A stretch of DNA of 64,000 nt from Sphingobacteriia bacterium. Its GTDB lineage: Bacteria; Bacteroidota; Bacteroidia; Bacteroidales; UBA7960. Position 1 is the first letter of the stretch. The number at the start of each line of letters is the position of its first letter. The position numbers and the translations under genes are program-made. Where the stretch lies: assembly GCA_011390785.1 (NCBI GenBank), contig JAABRR010000015.1, positions 51,150 to 115,149 on the forward strand. The letters run 5' to 3'. Positions 25,914-34,902 of this stretch are shown here, piece by piece. The notes under the pieces were generated by a model, which saw nothing but the letters and a program-made list of their open reading frames with translations, made no database searches and had not been told where the DNA came from.

Positions 25914-26312
25914 ATGACAAAAATTAAATCGTTAGCAGATTTAAAAAAAATGAAGAGCGATCTTCAATCACAAATTTCTATCAGACAAAAGAGTGAGAAC
26001 CCAGAGGGAAGAACACTCATCAGAATAGGAATGGGTACCAGTGGAATTGCATCTGGTGCAAAACAGGTTATGGAATTTCTAATGGATGAGTTGGAAAAAC
26101 GTAATGTGGATGCCATTGTAACACAGGTTGGCGATATGGGTTACAGTTATGCTGATCCTACTGTTGAGGTTACTGTTCCGGGCAAAGACCCATTGGTTTT
26201 TGGTGACGTTACCATCAAAAAAGCTGATGACATCATTGAAAAGTATATTAAAAACGGAGAATTGCTCGATGGCATCATTCCGGTAAATTATGAAACCATT
26301 GATAAAAAATAA
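25914..26312 (+). CDS. HndB-like thioredoxin-fold protein with no cysteine (cannot bind a [2Fe-2S] cluster)
   Basis: 'IRIGMGTSGIASGA...VTQVGDMGYSYADPTVEV' aligns with the (V)C(M)GTCGIAAGA ... GC.G.C..EP pattern of HndB/HydB-N domains, but every Cys position is replaced. The 132-aa protein contains no Cys. Confidence 0.6.
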   Translation: MTKIKSLADLKKMKSDLQSQISIRQKSENPEGRTLIRIGMGTSGIASGAKQVMEFLMDELEKRNVDAIVTQVGDMGYSYADPTVEVTVPGKDPLVFGDVTIKKADDIIEKYIKNGELLDGIIPVNYETIDKK

Positions 26313-26330
26313 TTAAGGAGGAATTTACGA

Positions 26331-28124
26331 ATGGCAAAATACAAAATGCATATGCTGGTTTGTGGGGGTACGGGTTGTCGTGCTTCTGCCAGCGACATGC
26401 TTTATGAAAGTTTAAAAAAAGAAGTTCAGGATAACAATCTGGAAAATGAAGTTCAGGTTGTTACTACCGGTTGCTTTGGGTTTTGCGAAAAGGGCCCCAT
26501 TGTTAAAATGATTCCCGACAATACTTTTTATGTGAGTGTTGAACCTAAAGATGCCAAAGAATTGGTGGCCGAGCATGCGCTAAAAGGTCGTAAGGTAAAT
26601 CGTCTTTTGTACGTGGACCCCACCAATAAGGAGCAAATATCAGACAGTAAGCATATGGGTTTTTACAAAAAACAAATCCGTATAGCTTTGCGCAATTGTG
26701 GTCTTATAAACCCTGAAAATATTGAAGAATATCTGGCTGCTGATGGCTACGAAGCTATGGGCAAGGTTTTGCTTGAAATGACACCTGAAGAGGCCATCAA
26801 AGTAGTTTTAGATTCCGGACTTCGCGGTAGGGGTGGTGGTGGTTTTCCCACAGGACTAAAATGGCAGATTGCCAGTAAAAACGAAGCAGACCAAAAATAT
26901 GTAGTTTGTAATGCAGACGAAGGCGACCCCGGTGCATTTATGGATCGTTCTATCCTTGAAGGCGACCCCCACACTGTACTCGAAGCAATGGTAATCAACG
27001 GATATTGTATTGGTGCTACCAAAGGCCTTATTTACATCAGAGCTGAATATCCACTTGCAATTCAAAGGTTGAAAATCGCTATTGGGCAGGCCCGCGAATT
27101 TGGCCTGTTAGGGACAGACATTCTTGGCTCTGGTTTTGATTTCGATGTTGAGATACGTTATGGTGCCGGAGCTTTTGTTTGTGGTGAAGAAACAGCACTT
27201 ATACATTCTATGGAAGGCGAAAGGGGAGAACCTACTTTTAAACCACCATTCCCCGCTCAAAGCGGTTACCTTGGTAAACCTACCAACGTAAACAATGTGG
27301 AAACGTACGCCAACATTCCTGTAATTATAAACAAAGGTGCTGAGTGGTTTTCTTCTATCGGAACAGAAAAATCAAAAGGTACCAAAGTTTTTGCACTGGC
27401 CGGAAAGATCAATAATGTAGGCCTTATTGAAGTGCCCATGGGTATTACCCTGCGCGAAGTGATCTATGAAATTGGTGGTGGCATAAAAGGCGGTAAAAAG
27501 TTTAAAGCTGTTCAAACCGGTGGCCCATCAGGAGGTTGCTTAACAGAAAAGCATCTCGATATTCCTATCGACTTCGATAACCTGATTGCTGCCGGTTCTA
27601 TGATGGGCTCAGGTGGTATGATCGTAATGGACGAAGATGATTGTATGGTGGCTGTTGCCAAATTCTATCTCGAATTTACTGTTGAAGAGTCCTGCGGAAA
27701 ATGTTCTCCGTGTCGTGTTGGTAACAAACGTCTTCATGAACAACTCGACCTAATTACAAAAGGGAAAGCGACAATGGAGGATCTTGACAAGCTGAAAAAC
27801 CTCAGTAATGTAATTAAAGATACTTCGCTTTGTGGTTTGGGACAAACATCGCCCAACCCCGTTCTTTCTACCATGGAAAATTTCTATGATGAATATGTGG
27901 CTCACGTTACCGATCATAGATGTCCTTCTGGTGTATGTAAGGATCTTATTCGCTACGAAGTAATTGCCGAAAACTGCGTGGGTTGTACTGCTTGTGCCCG
28001 TAATTGTCCGGTTAACTGTATTTCTGGTGAGCGCAAGCAGGTGCACCTGATCGACCAGGTTTTGTGCATCAAATGTGGTGCGTGCCTCGAGAAATGTAAG
28101 TTTAATGCAATTGCAGTGATTTAA
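26331..28124 (+). CDS. hydB: NuoF/HydB-type flavoprotein subunit, full-length (N-terminal [2Fe-2S], FMN/NADH, [4Fe-4S], C-terminal 2x[4Fe-4S])
   Basis: 'VCGGTGCRAS...TGCFGFCEKGP', 'GRGGGGFPTGLKW', 'CNADEGDPGAFMDR', 'GAGAFVCGEETAL', 'ESCGKCSPCRVG', 'CVGCTACARNCP' and 'CIKCGACLEKC'. Confidence 0.92.
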   Translation: MAKYKMHMLVCGGTGCRASASDMLYESLKKEVQDNNLENEVQVVTTGCFGFCEKGPIVKMIPDNTFYVSVEPKDAKELVAEHALKGRKVNRLLYVDPTNKEQISDSKHMGFYKKQIRIALRNCGLINPENIEEYLAADGYEAMGKVLLEMTPEEAIKVVLDSGLRGRGGGGFPTGLKWQIASKNEADQKYVVCNADEGDPGAFMDRSILEGDPHTVLEAMVINGYCIGATKGLIYIRAEYPLAIQRLKIAIGQAREFGLLGTDILGSGFDFDVEIRYGAGAFVCGEETALIHSMEGERGEPTFKPPFPAQSGYLGKPTNVNNVETYANIPVIINKGAEWFSSIGTEKSKGTKVFALAGKINNVGLIEVPMGITLREVIYEIGGGIKGGKKFKAVQTGGPSGGCLTEKHLDIPIDFDNLIAAGSMMGSGGMIVMDEDDCMVAVAKFYLEFTVEESCGKCSPCRVGNKRLHEQLDLITKGKATMEDLDKLKNLSNVIKDTSLCGLGQTSPNPVLSTMENFYDEYVAHVTDHRCPSGVCKDLIRYEVIAENCVGCTACARNCPVNCISGERKQVHLIDQVLCIKCGACLEKCKFNAIAVI

Positions 28125-28149
28125 TTAACTAATAACAGGAATTAATATA

Positions 28150-29922
28150 ATGGAACTTATCAAATTAACTATAGATAACAGAACTGTTGAGGTTGAAAAA
28201 GGTACCACTATTTTTCATGCAGCAAAAAAACTGGGTATCGAAATTCCCACGCTTTGCTATATGAACCTTAAGGACCTCAATATAGAGCACAAGCCCGGCG
28301 GTTGTCGTATTTGTGTGGTAGAAGTAGAAGGACGCCGTAACCTGGCACCCTCCTGTGCTACCGAATGTATGGAAGGAATGGTAGTGAAAACACATACCGT
28401 TCGTGTTCTCAACGCCAGAAGAACAGTATTGGAACTGATTATTTCTGATCATCCGTTCGACTGCCTTATCTGCGCCAAATCAGGCAATTGTGACCTACAG
28501 TCATTGGCCATCAAACTGGGTGTAAGAGATATTCCTTTCCAGGGCGAAAAGTCAACCTACAAGCCCGACTTTTCACCAGCCATTATCCGCGATATGGACA
28601 AATGTATCATGTGCCGCAGATGCGAAACCATGTGCAACGATTTTCAAACTGTTGGCGTGTTATCAGGCATCAACCGTGGTTTCGAAGCAGTTGTTGCACC
28701 CGCTTTTGAGCGCGACCTCGATCATAGCGAATGTACGTATTGCGGACAATGTGTGGCAGTATGCCCCACAGGCGCACTTACCGAAGTTGATCATACCAAA
28801 AATGTAATCGCTGCACTTTCTGATTCTAAGAAAACAGTTGTTGTACAAACTGCTCCCGCCGTTCGTGCTGCCCTGGGTGAAGAGTTTGGCCTTGAAGCTG
28901 GTACTTTGGTAACAGGTAAAATGGTTGCTGCATTACGTCAGTTAGGTTTTGACTATGTTTTCGATACCGATTTTGCTGCCGACCTTACCATCATGGAAGA
29001 AGGAACTGAACTTCTGGACAGACTTACCCGTCATTTGGGTGGTGATAAGGAAGTTAAGCTTCCCATCCTCACCTCCTGCTGCCCTGGTTGGGTTAATTTC
29101 TTTGAATACAATTACCCTGATATGATGGATGTACCATCTACAGCCCGCTCACCACAGCAAATGTTTGGTGCCATAGCCAAAACATATTTTGCCGAAAAAA
29201 TTAATGTGAAGCGCGAAGATATGGTTGTAGTTTCTATTATGCCATGTGTTGCTAAAAAATATGAATGTACCCGCGAAGAGTTCGCAACTGATGGCAACCC
29301 TGATGTTGATTTCTCCATTTCTACCCGCGAGCTGGCCCATTTCATCAAATCTGCCAACATCAATTTTAATGCATTGCCCGATGAAGATTTCGACAAACCT
29401 CTTGGCGAATCAACCGGTGCTGCAGTAATTTTTGGAACAACCGGCGGTGTTATTGAAGCAGCCGCCCGTACCGCTTACGAACTACACACAGGAAAAACGC
29501 TGGAGAAGGTTGATTTTGAAGCTCTCCGTGGCTTTGATGGAATCAGAAGCGCCAGCGTTGATTTTGATGGTGTTGATATTAAAATAGGTATAGCGCATGG
29601 GCTGGGCAATGCCCGCAAAATGCTCGATGATGTTAAAGCCGGCAGAAGCGAGTTTCATGCTATCGAAATTATGGCCTGCCCCGGTGGTTGCATTGGTGGT
29701 GGCGGTCAGCCATTGCACCATGGTGATTCATCAGTACTTAGAGCACGAGCCAAAGCAATATACTCGGAAGATGAGTCTAAAGTTTTGCGAAAATCACACG
29801 AAAACCCTTCCATTATTAAGCTTTACGAAGAATACCTGGGCAAACCCGGAAGTGAAAAAGCACACCACTTACTCCATACTCACTATTTTGATAAAAAATC
29901 AAAGCAGGTTTTATTGGATTAA
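28150..29922 (+). CDS. hydA: [FeFe]-hydrogenase catalytic subunit HydA, canonical H-cluster motifs
   Basis: 'ILTSCCPGW' (L1), 'MPCVAKKYE' (L2) and 'EIMACPGGCIGGGGQP' (L3). N-terminal [2Fe-2S], 'HPFDCLICAKSGNC', 'CIMCRRCETMC' and 'CTYCGQCVAVCP'. Confidence 0.95.
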   Translation: MELIKLTIDNRTVEVEKGTTIFHAAKKLGIEIPTLCYMNLKDLNIEHKPGGCRICVVEVEGRRNLAPSCATECMEGMVVKTHTVRVLNARRTVLELIISDHPFDCLICAKSGNCDLQSLAIKLGVRDIPFQGEKSTYKPDFSPAIIRDMDKCIMCRRCETMCNDFQTVGVLSGINRGFEAVVAPAFERDLDHSECTYCGQCVAVCPTGALTEVDHTKNVIAALSDSKKTVVVQTAPAVRAALGEEFGLEAGTLVTGKMVAALRQLGFDYVFDTDFAADLTIMEEGTELLDRLTRHLGGDKEVKLPILTSCCPGWVNFFEYNYPDMMDVPSTARSPQQMFGAIAKTYFAEKINVKREDMVVVSIMPCVAKKYECTREEFATDGNPDVDFSISTRELAHFIKSANINFNALPDEDFDKPLGESTGAAVIFGTTGGVIEAAARTAYELHTGKTLEKVDFEALRGFDGIRSASVDFDGVDIKIGIAHGLGNARKMLDDVKAGRSEFHAIEIMACPGGCIGGGGQPLHHGDSSVLRARAKAIYSEDESKVLRKSHENPSIIKLYEEYLGKPGSEKAHHLLHTHYFDKKSKQVLLD

Positions 29923-29940
29923 TTTTTATGGCAGGATAAT

Positions 29941-29968
29941 CCCCGGGAAATATGGAAATTTTCCGGGG
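29941..29968 (+). promoter_or_regulatory. intra-operon stem-loop between hydA and hydC (operon 2)
   Basis: 'ccccgggaaa' and 'ttttccgggg' form a 10-bp stem with one G-U pair and an 8-nt loop. No T-tract follows. It lies in the 93-nt hydA-hydC gap. Confidence 0.3.
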
Positions 29969-30015
29969 TCAAAGCCAGTAAAATACTTATTTCGTAACAA
30001 AAAAATATTTATATA

Positions 30016-30507
30016 ATGACATCAGTAAAACTAAAATTAAAAGAAAGTGATGTGCAGAAACTGAAAGAAGTAGCTAAATCTTTCAATAATGAAGCTGGTG
30101 AGCTGATCAATGTTTTGCACAAAGCTCAGGAAATATTCGGCTATTTGCCTGCTGAGGTGCAGGAAGTAGTAGCTCAGGAACTAAATGTTCCGGTGGCCAA
30201 GGTCTATGGGGTTGTAACCTTTTATTCCTTCTTTACTATGTTGCCCCGTGGGCGTTACCCTATTTCTATATGCACGGGTACGGCATGTTACGTAAGAGGT
30301 GCTGAAAAAGTACTTGATGAGTTCAAACGGATTCTTAAAATTCCTGTTGGTGAAACAACCTCAGATGGTAAATTCTCTATTACCTGTCTCAGATGCGTGG
30401 GCGCCTGTGGTTTAGCTCCTGTTGTGATGGTGGGCGATAAAACCTATGGCCGAGTTACAACCGACGGCGTTAAGGATATCCTGAAAGAATACGACACTGA
30501 AGATTAG
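30016..30507 (+). CDS. hydC: NuoE/HydC-type [2Fe-2S] subunit (operon 2)
   Basis: 'ICTGTACYVRG' and 'LRCVGACGLAPVVM' are the Cys ligands. 'VTFYSFF'. Confidence 0.9.
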   Translation: MTSVKLKLKESDVQKLKEVAKSFNNEAGELINVLHKAQEIFGYLPAEVQEVVAQELNVPVAKVYGVVTFYSFFTMLPRGRYPISICTGTACYVRGAEKVLDEFKRILKIPVGETTSDGKFSITCLRCVGACGLAPVVMVGDKTYGRVTTDGVKDILKEYDTED

Positions 30508-30531
30508 TCTTTGTTTCGTATAACTCCCATT

Positions 30532-30567
30532 AAAAAAAAGGGCAGTTTAACGACTGTCCTTTTTTTT
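30532..30567. terminator. bidirectional rho-independent terminator after operon 2
   Basis: An A8 run, the stem 'gggcagt'/'actgtcc' (7 bp, one G-U pair), then a T-run. It lies between convergent hydC (+) and the DUF5777-like gene (-). Confidence 0.65.
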
Positions 30568-30712
30568 GCTATTTTGTTGAAACATATCTTCGATAACCAG
30601 CATGTTACATTCTTATAAATACATTCCTTATTTATATTATATATTTAAAACCAAGCATTAAAAAATCAGAGTGCCATTTTTAGCATCCAATTTTAAATGA
30701 TTTTCTGTTTTC

Positions 30713-31603
30713 TCAAAGCTTAGGTTTTTTTATAGTGAATACCCGTACAATATTAAATCCAAAATAAATATCCCCTTTTAGCCAGTCGCCACGGGTCTCG
30801 GTAATGAAAGCACGTTCAAACATCGGTTGTGCATTGGTAAAGTGGAGTTGAAATACATGTCCGCCGGTTTCAAGGTCAAATCCAATAGAAAGCATATCTT
30901 TAAAACTTTCAGCGGTTGATGGGGTAAGTACCTGATAATATTCTGCATTAAAGGTTACCCGGTTGGTAAGTCTTAATCTTCCGCCGTATCCCAGAGCATA
31001 GATATCATTCGGATCCGCAATTTTCTCCACAAGATTTTTATGAACAAGGGTAGGGGTTAACTGAAACGAAATGCTGTTGGAAAATTTTCTGGCAATTAGA
31101 ATCTGATAAGTATATGATAATCGTGATGAGAAGTAATTTTCTCTTTCCGGATATCTCCATTTAAGGGAGTTTAGGTAGATGCCAGAAAATACAGATAGAG
31201 AGATAGGCATTTGTTTAGCCCCTGAGCTTTGTCGCAAAATTTTGTATTTGGCAAATCCATCAATTGTTTTTTCGAATGAACTTCTGCCTAATGAAACCGC
31301 AAGTCGATCGTTAATTCCATACTCAAAACCCATCCTAATCGTTGATTGATCAAGGCCCCATAGGTTGTAAGCTCCTTCATTTAGTCGTCCAAAGTGGTGG
31401 CTAATGATAAATTTCAATTCCCCATTGGGTGGATTTTCTATAGATTGACCGTTTACAATACGCGAAGTTTTGAACGTTGCATAGGCATATTCGGTAACAG
31501 GCTCCTGTTCTTCTTCAAGCATATCAAGCAAACCTTGTGATTGAATGCCTGGTAAAAGAAGAAAACAGAAGATTGAGATAAAATAAATACGTCTGGTTAG
31601 CAT
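30713..31603 (-). CDS. outer-membrane beta-barrel protein (DUF5777-like)
   Basis: It has a signal peptide, alternating beta-strand pattern and a C-terminal aromatic residue. It sits in the YceI/heme-motif operon context typical of this family. Confidence 0.45.
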   Translation of the reverse strand: MLTRRIYFISIFCFLLLPGIQSQGLLDMLEEEQEPVTEYAYATFKTSRIVNGQSIENPPNGELKFIISHHFGRLNEGAYNLWGLDQSTIRMGFEYGINDRLAVSLGRSSFEKTIDGFAKYKILRQSSGAKQMPISLSVFSGIYLNSLKWRYPERENYFSSRLSYTYQILIARKFSNSISFQLTPTLVHKNLVEKIADPNDIYALGYGGRLRLTNRVTFNAEYYQVLTPSTAESFKDMLSIGFDLETGGHVFQLHFTNAQPMFERAFITETRGDWLKGDIYFGFNIVRVFTIKKPKL

Positions 31604-31605
31604 AA

Positions 31606-32154
31606 TTACATTTTTTTAAGCGACACATCAACAGTTATTTCTATTTCTTCACTAATATTGCGCGAAACGGCTGAGGGTATGCTGATGTTATAATCTGCCA
31701 ATTTGATAGTGAAAACTGATTTTCCTGTAATCTGGTCACCGGCAATGGTTAATGTTCCTGGCTGGCTTATTTTGTTGGTAGCGTTTTTTATGGTAAGTTC
31801 ACCATCTACTGTAATATTGTAGGTGCCATTTTTGGTAAGGTCAACATCAGAAAGGTTTGCTATGCTTCCCTGAAATGTGGCATTGGGATATTCATGTGAT
31901 TCCACATAGTTTTCATTGAAATGCTCTTGCATCAGTGCCTTCTCAAAATTAAAAGAACGCATTAAAACCCTGAAGACGAATTCTCCGGTTTCAATATTTA
32001 AAGCACTGCTAACCTGTCGGTTTATGGCTTCAATATTTTCGAGCGGGGCTTCAGAATAAAAACGAATATATCCGTTACGTGTAACATAATTTTGTGCCAT
32101 CAGACCTGCGGATAGCAAAATGAGTAATGTGGATGTAATGAGTTGTTTTTTCAT
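31606..32154 (-). CDS. YceI family periplasmic polyisoprenoid-binding protein
   Basis: The likely start is 'MKKQLITSTLLILLSAGLMAQ'. 'SFNFEKALMQEHFNENYVESHEYPNATFQG' and 'TIKNATNKI' are YceI-like. The ORF is open to 32238. Confidence 0.7.
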   Translation of the reverse strand: MKKQLITSTLLILLSAGLMAQNYVTRNGYIRFYSEAPLENIEAINRQVSSALNIETGEFVFRVLMRSFNFEKALMQEHFNENYVESHEYPNATFQGSIANLSDVDLTKNGTYNITVDGELTIKNATNKISQPGTLTIAGDQITGKSVFTIKLADYNISIPSAVSRNISEEIEITVDVSLKKM

Positions 32155-32180
32155 GTCTGATTTATTTTTATTGGTTTTCT

Positions 32181-32615
32181 TTAATCTATTACAGAGCAGG
32201 ATTCTAAAATTACATCGGTTCCGGAAAACCCTGAACAAAATCCTTTTAGCTGAACTATAGTCCCCGAATTAATTTGTTTTACCGTATTGGAATGATTTTC
32301 AAGCATACTACACCGGATTCCTTCCGGGCCAAACATGCCTTGATCGAACGCAATAATAGCAATAACAAGACTATCTGCCTCTTCCACAGAATCCAAACTG
32401 CCTTCAATTTGAATAATTTTACCATTGTAAATTTGTTCGGCTTCCGATTGAGAATTGGCGAATGCATTGTATAATGCCTGAGCCGTCATTTCAAAATCTG
32501 GTTTGGCTTTTTCGTAATTTGTATGAGGTTTATTATAAACGAAGAAATACACTGCTGCAGCACCTATAAATCCCATTGCTGCAAGAATCAGAAAGATCTT
32601 TATCCATTTATTCAT
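32181..32615 (-). CDS. membrane-anchored OB-fold (tRNA_anti-like) protein, unknown function
   Basis: 'MNKWIKIFLILAAMGFIGAAAVYFF' is the anchor. 'AQALYNAFANSQSEAEQIYNGKIIQIEGSL' is typical of this small family. The ORF is open to 32657. Confidence 0.45.
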   Translation of the reverse strand: MNKWIKIFLILAAMGFIGAAAVYFFVYNKPHTNYEKAKPDFEMTAQALYNAFANSQSEAEQIYNGKIIQIEGSLDSVEEADSLVIAIIAFDQGMFGPEGIRCSMLENHSNTVKQINSGTIVQLKGFCSGFSGTDVILESCSVID

Positions 32616-32672
32616 GATAACAAAATTTAGTTTTACTAAACACGATAATAGAAGCAACTTACTTAATTTATC

Positions 32673-33041
32673 TTAGGGAGCTCCATTGGCTAACCATGCA
32701 TTTATTTTGGCCAGATCACAAGCTGGTAATTGGTTTTGCCCTTTGGGCATTGGCGAAAATCCTGGTAAGTGGTTTAAAGAGCCTTCCAGTTTGCCATTGT
32801 CAATAATGATTTGCAGATTATTACGATCGGCAGTTATTATGTTTCCTGATGGAGCTGATGCACTATGACATGAATTACAATTTGTTGCCAAAAGGTTGGA
32901 AACAAAATTAGCATAGGTAACATCTAGTGTATCACAATCTATATCGCTAAGGGGGTATAGATATTCTTCACTATCGTAATAGCATGATGAGAAATATAAT
33001 GTTACAGCTACCAGCAGAAGGGTTTTGGCGGTATGCTTCAT
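32673..33041 (-). CDS. small exported protein with one CXXCH heme-binding motif
   Basis: Lipobox 'FSSC' and 'CNSCHS'. The start ATG at 33041 lies just 3' of the upstream stop. The track start at 33062 would overlap the upstream gene by 20 nt. Confidence 0.5.
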   Translation of the reverse strand: MKHTAKTLLLVAVTLYFSSCYYDSEEYLYPLSDIDCDTLDVTYANFVSNLLATNCNSCHSASAPSGNIITADRNNLQIIIDNGKLEGSLNHLPGFSPMPKGQNQLPACDLAKINAWLANGAP

Positions 33042-33042
33042 T

Positions 33043-33747
33043 CTAGTTGTCTGGTGTTCCATTGTTTATCCATTTTTGAATTTGATCTGCAGGACATTGA
33101 GCCATAGCAGAGCCAGAGGGTGGCATAGCTGCAAAGCCATCAAGTCTGTTTATTGCTCCCATTAATCTTCCTGAATTGGCTATATCTGCTACCGCTGTAT
33201 AATTTGAAAGTATTACTCCTCCGTTGGCGCTACTCCCGCTATGACAACCCACACAACCATAGCTTTGCAAATTTGCAGTAACGGTTTGAGAGTAGGTTAC
33301 ATCATCAAGATTACAGGCAGTATCAATACATTCAAGATTTTTTGCACCCTGCATTATCCAGGTATAAACCATCTGAATTTGTTCTGTGGTAAAGGGAAGA
33401 TTGGGTGGAGGAGGCATCCTTTTGTCTAAATCATCTTCAGTCAATACCTCATAAAGATCACTTCCATTGGGGTTACCAGGACGTACATCGGCGGTCTGCA
33501 TAACCGATTCGTAATCTGTAAGTATTACCCCGTCCATTTGACTGGCTGCATCGTGGCATCCCGCACGGGCACAGGTAGATGCCAGCAGCGGGAGCAGGTC
33601 CTTGTTAAAATAGATAGTATCTGGATCGCATGTATTTCCTGTAATATCAGGATTCTGATCTTCTGAAACCAATGGTTCATGACGGCAGGCGTAAAAAAGC
33701 AGGATCAGAAAAGCAAACAGGAGAGAAGATGTTTTTATTTGCTTCAT
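33043..33747 (-). CDS. exported protein with cytochrome-c-like motifs (CX4CH and CXXCH)
   Basis: Lipobox 'FYAC', 'CARAGCHD' (C-x4-CH) and 'CVGCHSG' (CXXCH). The two halves repeat 'L.DYESVM/ L.NYTAV...'. Confidence 0.5.
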   Translation of the reverse strand: MKQIKTSSLLFAFLILLFYACRHEPLVSEDQNPDITGNTCDPDTIYFNKDLLPLLASTCARAGCHDAASQMDGVILTDYESVMQTADVRPGNPNGSDLYEVLTEDDLDKRMPPPPNLPFTTEQIQMVYTWIMQGAKNLECIDTACNLDDVTYSQTVTANLQSYGCVGCHSGSSANGGVILSNYTAVADIANSGRLMGAINRLDGFAAMPPSGSAMAQCPADQIQKWINNGTPDN

Positions 33748-33983
33748 AATAATTGAGTAATAATCAAAATTCTAAATATCAGTCAAATGTAAACAATTAA
33801 TTTAATTGGATGTTAATAATCGCTTTTAAGTTAATGGGTTCCCCGATTTTTTTGCGTTTTTTTGCTATTTGTTTTTATAAAAATTGGGTTGTTCCTTTTT
33901 TTGATATATTTATTTAAGATTTACTTCAACAAAAATTCTCTTCTGGATTTTCTTCTTCAGTTATTTTCTTATAGTTCATAATA

Positions 33984-34676
33984 TTATCCTGTTTTGCTTA
34001 TTATTTGCAGCTTTTCCCGCTCAGAAATGATAATATCTTTTCCAATAAGTTGAATTAGTGATTCTCTTTCAAATTCCTTTAAAAATTTCACAGCACTTTC
34101 CTGAGTTATTCCAGCAAAATCAGCAATATCTTGCCTGGTTAGATTTTCAAATATTTTTTCATATAAAAATTCTGGTGATGACAGGTAGCATAAAGCTGAT
34201 GCCAGTTTGCCCCGCATTTGTTTGTAAGAAAGATTTTTTATGATTTCGAGTAGCTGATTTTCAATGCGTTGATTTCGCGATGTTAATTGCATGGCGAATG
34301 CCGGATTTTGAAGCAAAACTTGCTTCAGGGCTTCTTTATCAATCATACAAATACGCGAATCTTTAAGGGCCATTGCCGAAAAATTATAGTACTCATTTCC
34401 AAAAACAGACGAGTAGGCCAGAAAGTCACCCGTTTTGGCAAGGTTAACATTTATGTGTCGTTTTGGGCCTGTTTGAAGAAACACTTTCACCAACCCCTCA
34501 ATTATATACAAAATGTAGGGGGCAAATGCACCCTGTTTAAAAAGGGTTTCGCCTTTTTCATACAAAAGCTGTGTCTTTTTTGTATTGATGAGCTCCAATT
34601 CTTTTTCGTTAAGCAAATGAAAGCATTCTGAAAGAACGGCATTCTGAAGGTAACTTTCTTTAATGTGTTTTTCCAT
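33984..34676 (-). CDS. Crp/Fnr family transcriptional regulator
   Basis: It has a cNMP-binding-like beta-roll region and a C-terminal HTH 'LTRQDIADFAGITQESAVKFLKEFERE'. There is no N-terminal Cys cluster. Confidence 0.8.
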   Translation of the reverse strand: MEKHIKESYLQNAVLSECFHLLNEKELELINTKKTQLLYEKGETLFKQGAFAPYILYIIEGLVKVFLQTGPKRHINVNLAKTGDFLAYSSVFGNEYYNFSAMALKDSRICMIDKEALKQVLLQNPAFAMQLTSRNQRIENQLLEIIKNLSYKQMRGKLASALCYLSSPEFLYEKIFENLTRQDIADFAGITQESAVKFLKEFERESLIQLIGKDIIISEREKLQIISKTG

Positions 34677-34708
34677 TGTACTTTAATGTTTGTCTTTATG
34701 GCGAAGAT

Positions 34709-34746
34709 ATTACAATTTCATAATAAAAAAGTTGCAAAATTGTAAT
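34709..34746. promoter_or_regulatory. 10-nt perfect inverted repeat in the crp/fnr - trx divergent region (candidate operator)
   Basis: 'attacaattt' (34709-34718) pairs with 'aaattgtaat' (34737-34746) across an 18-nt spacer. A third 'attgtaat' copy is at 34761-34768. Confidence 0.35.
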
Positions 34747-34902
34747 CGATCTGTTGTTGCATTGTAATGCCTATAATAGCAGCTATTTTGAAGTTTGTCT
34801 GTAATTTTGTCCCGCAATATTCAATAAGGATTTGAGCCGAATTATTTCACATCAGAATAATCTCAAAATTTAAATACTAACCAACAATTAATTTTTAAAA
34901 TT

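Noticed and set aside
16288-30567. I considered whether the whole hydrogenase region is a horizontally acquired genomic island.
   Set aside because: It has no flanking tRNA, integrase, transposase or direct repeats. Promoter boxes are of the host (TAnnTTTG) type. The somewhat higher GC content of operon 2 resembles that of ppdK, so it may reflect high expression rather than foreign origin. This cannot be decided without genome-wide composition statistics.
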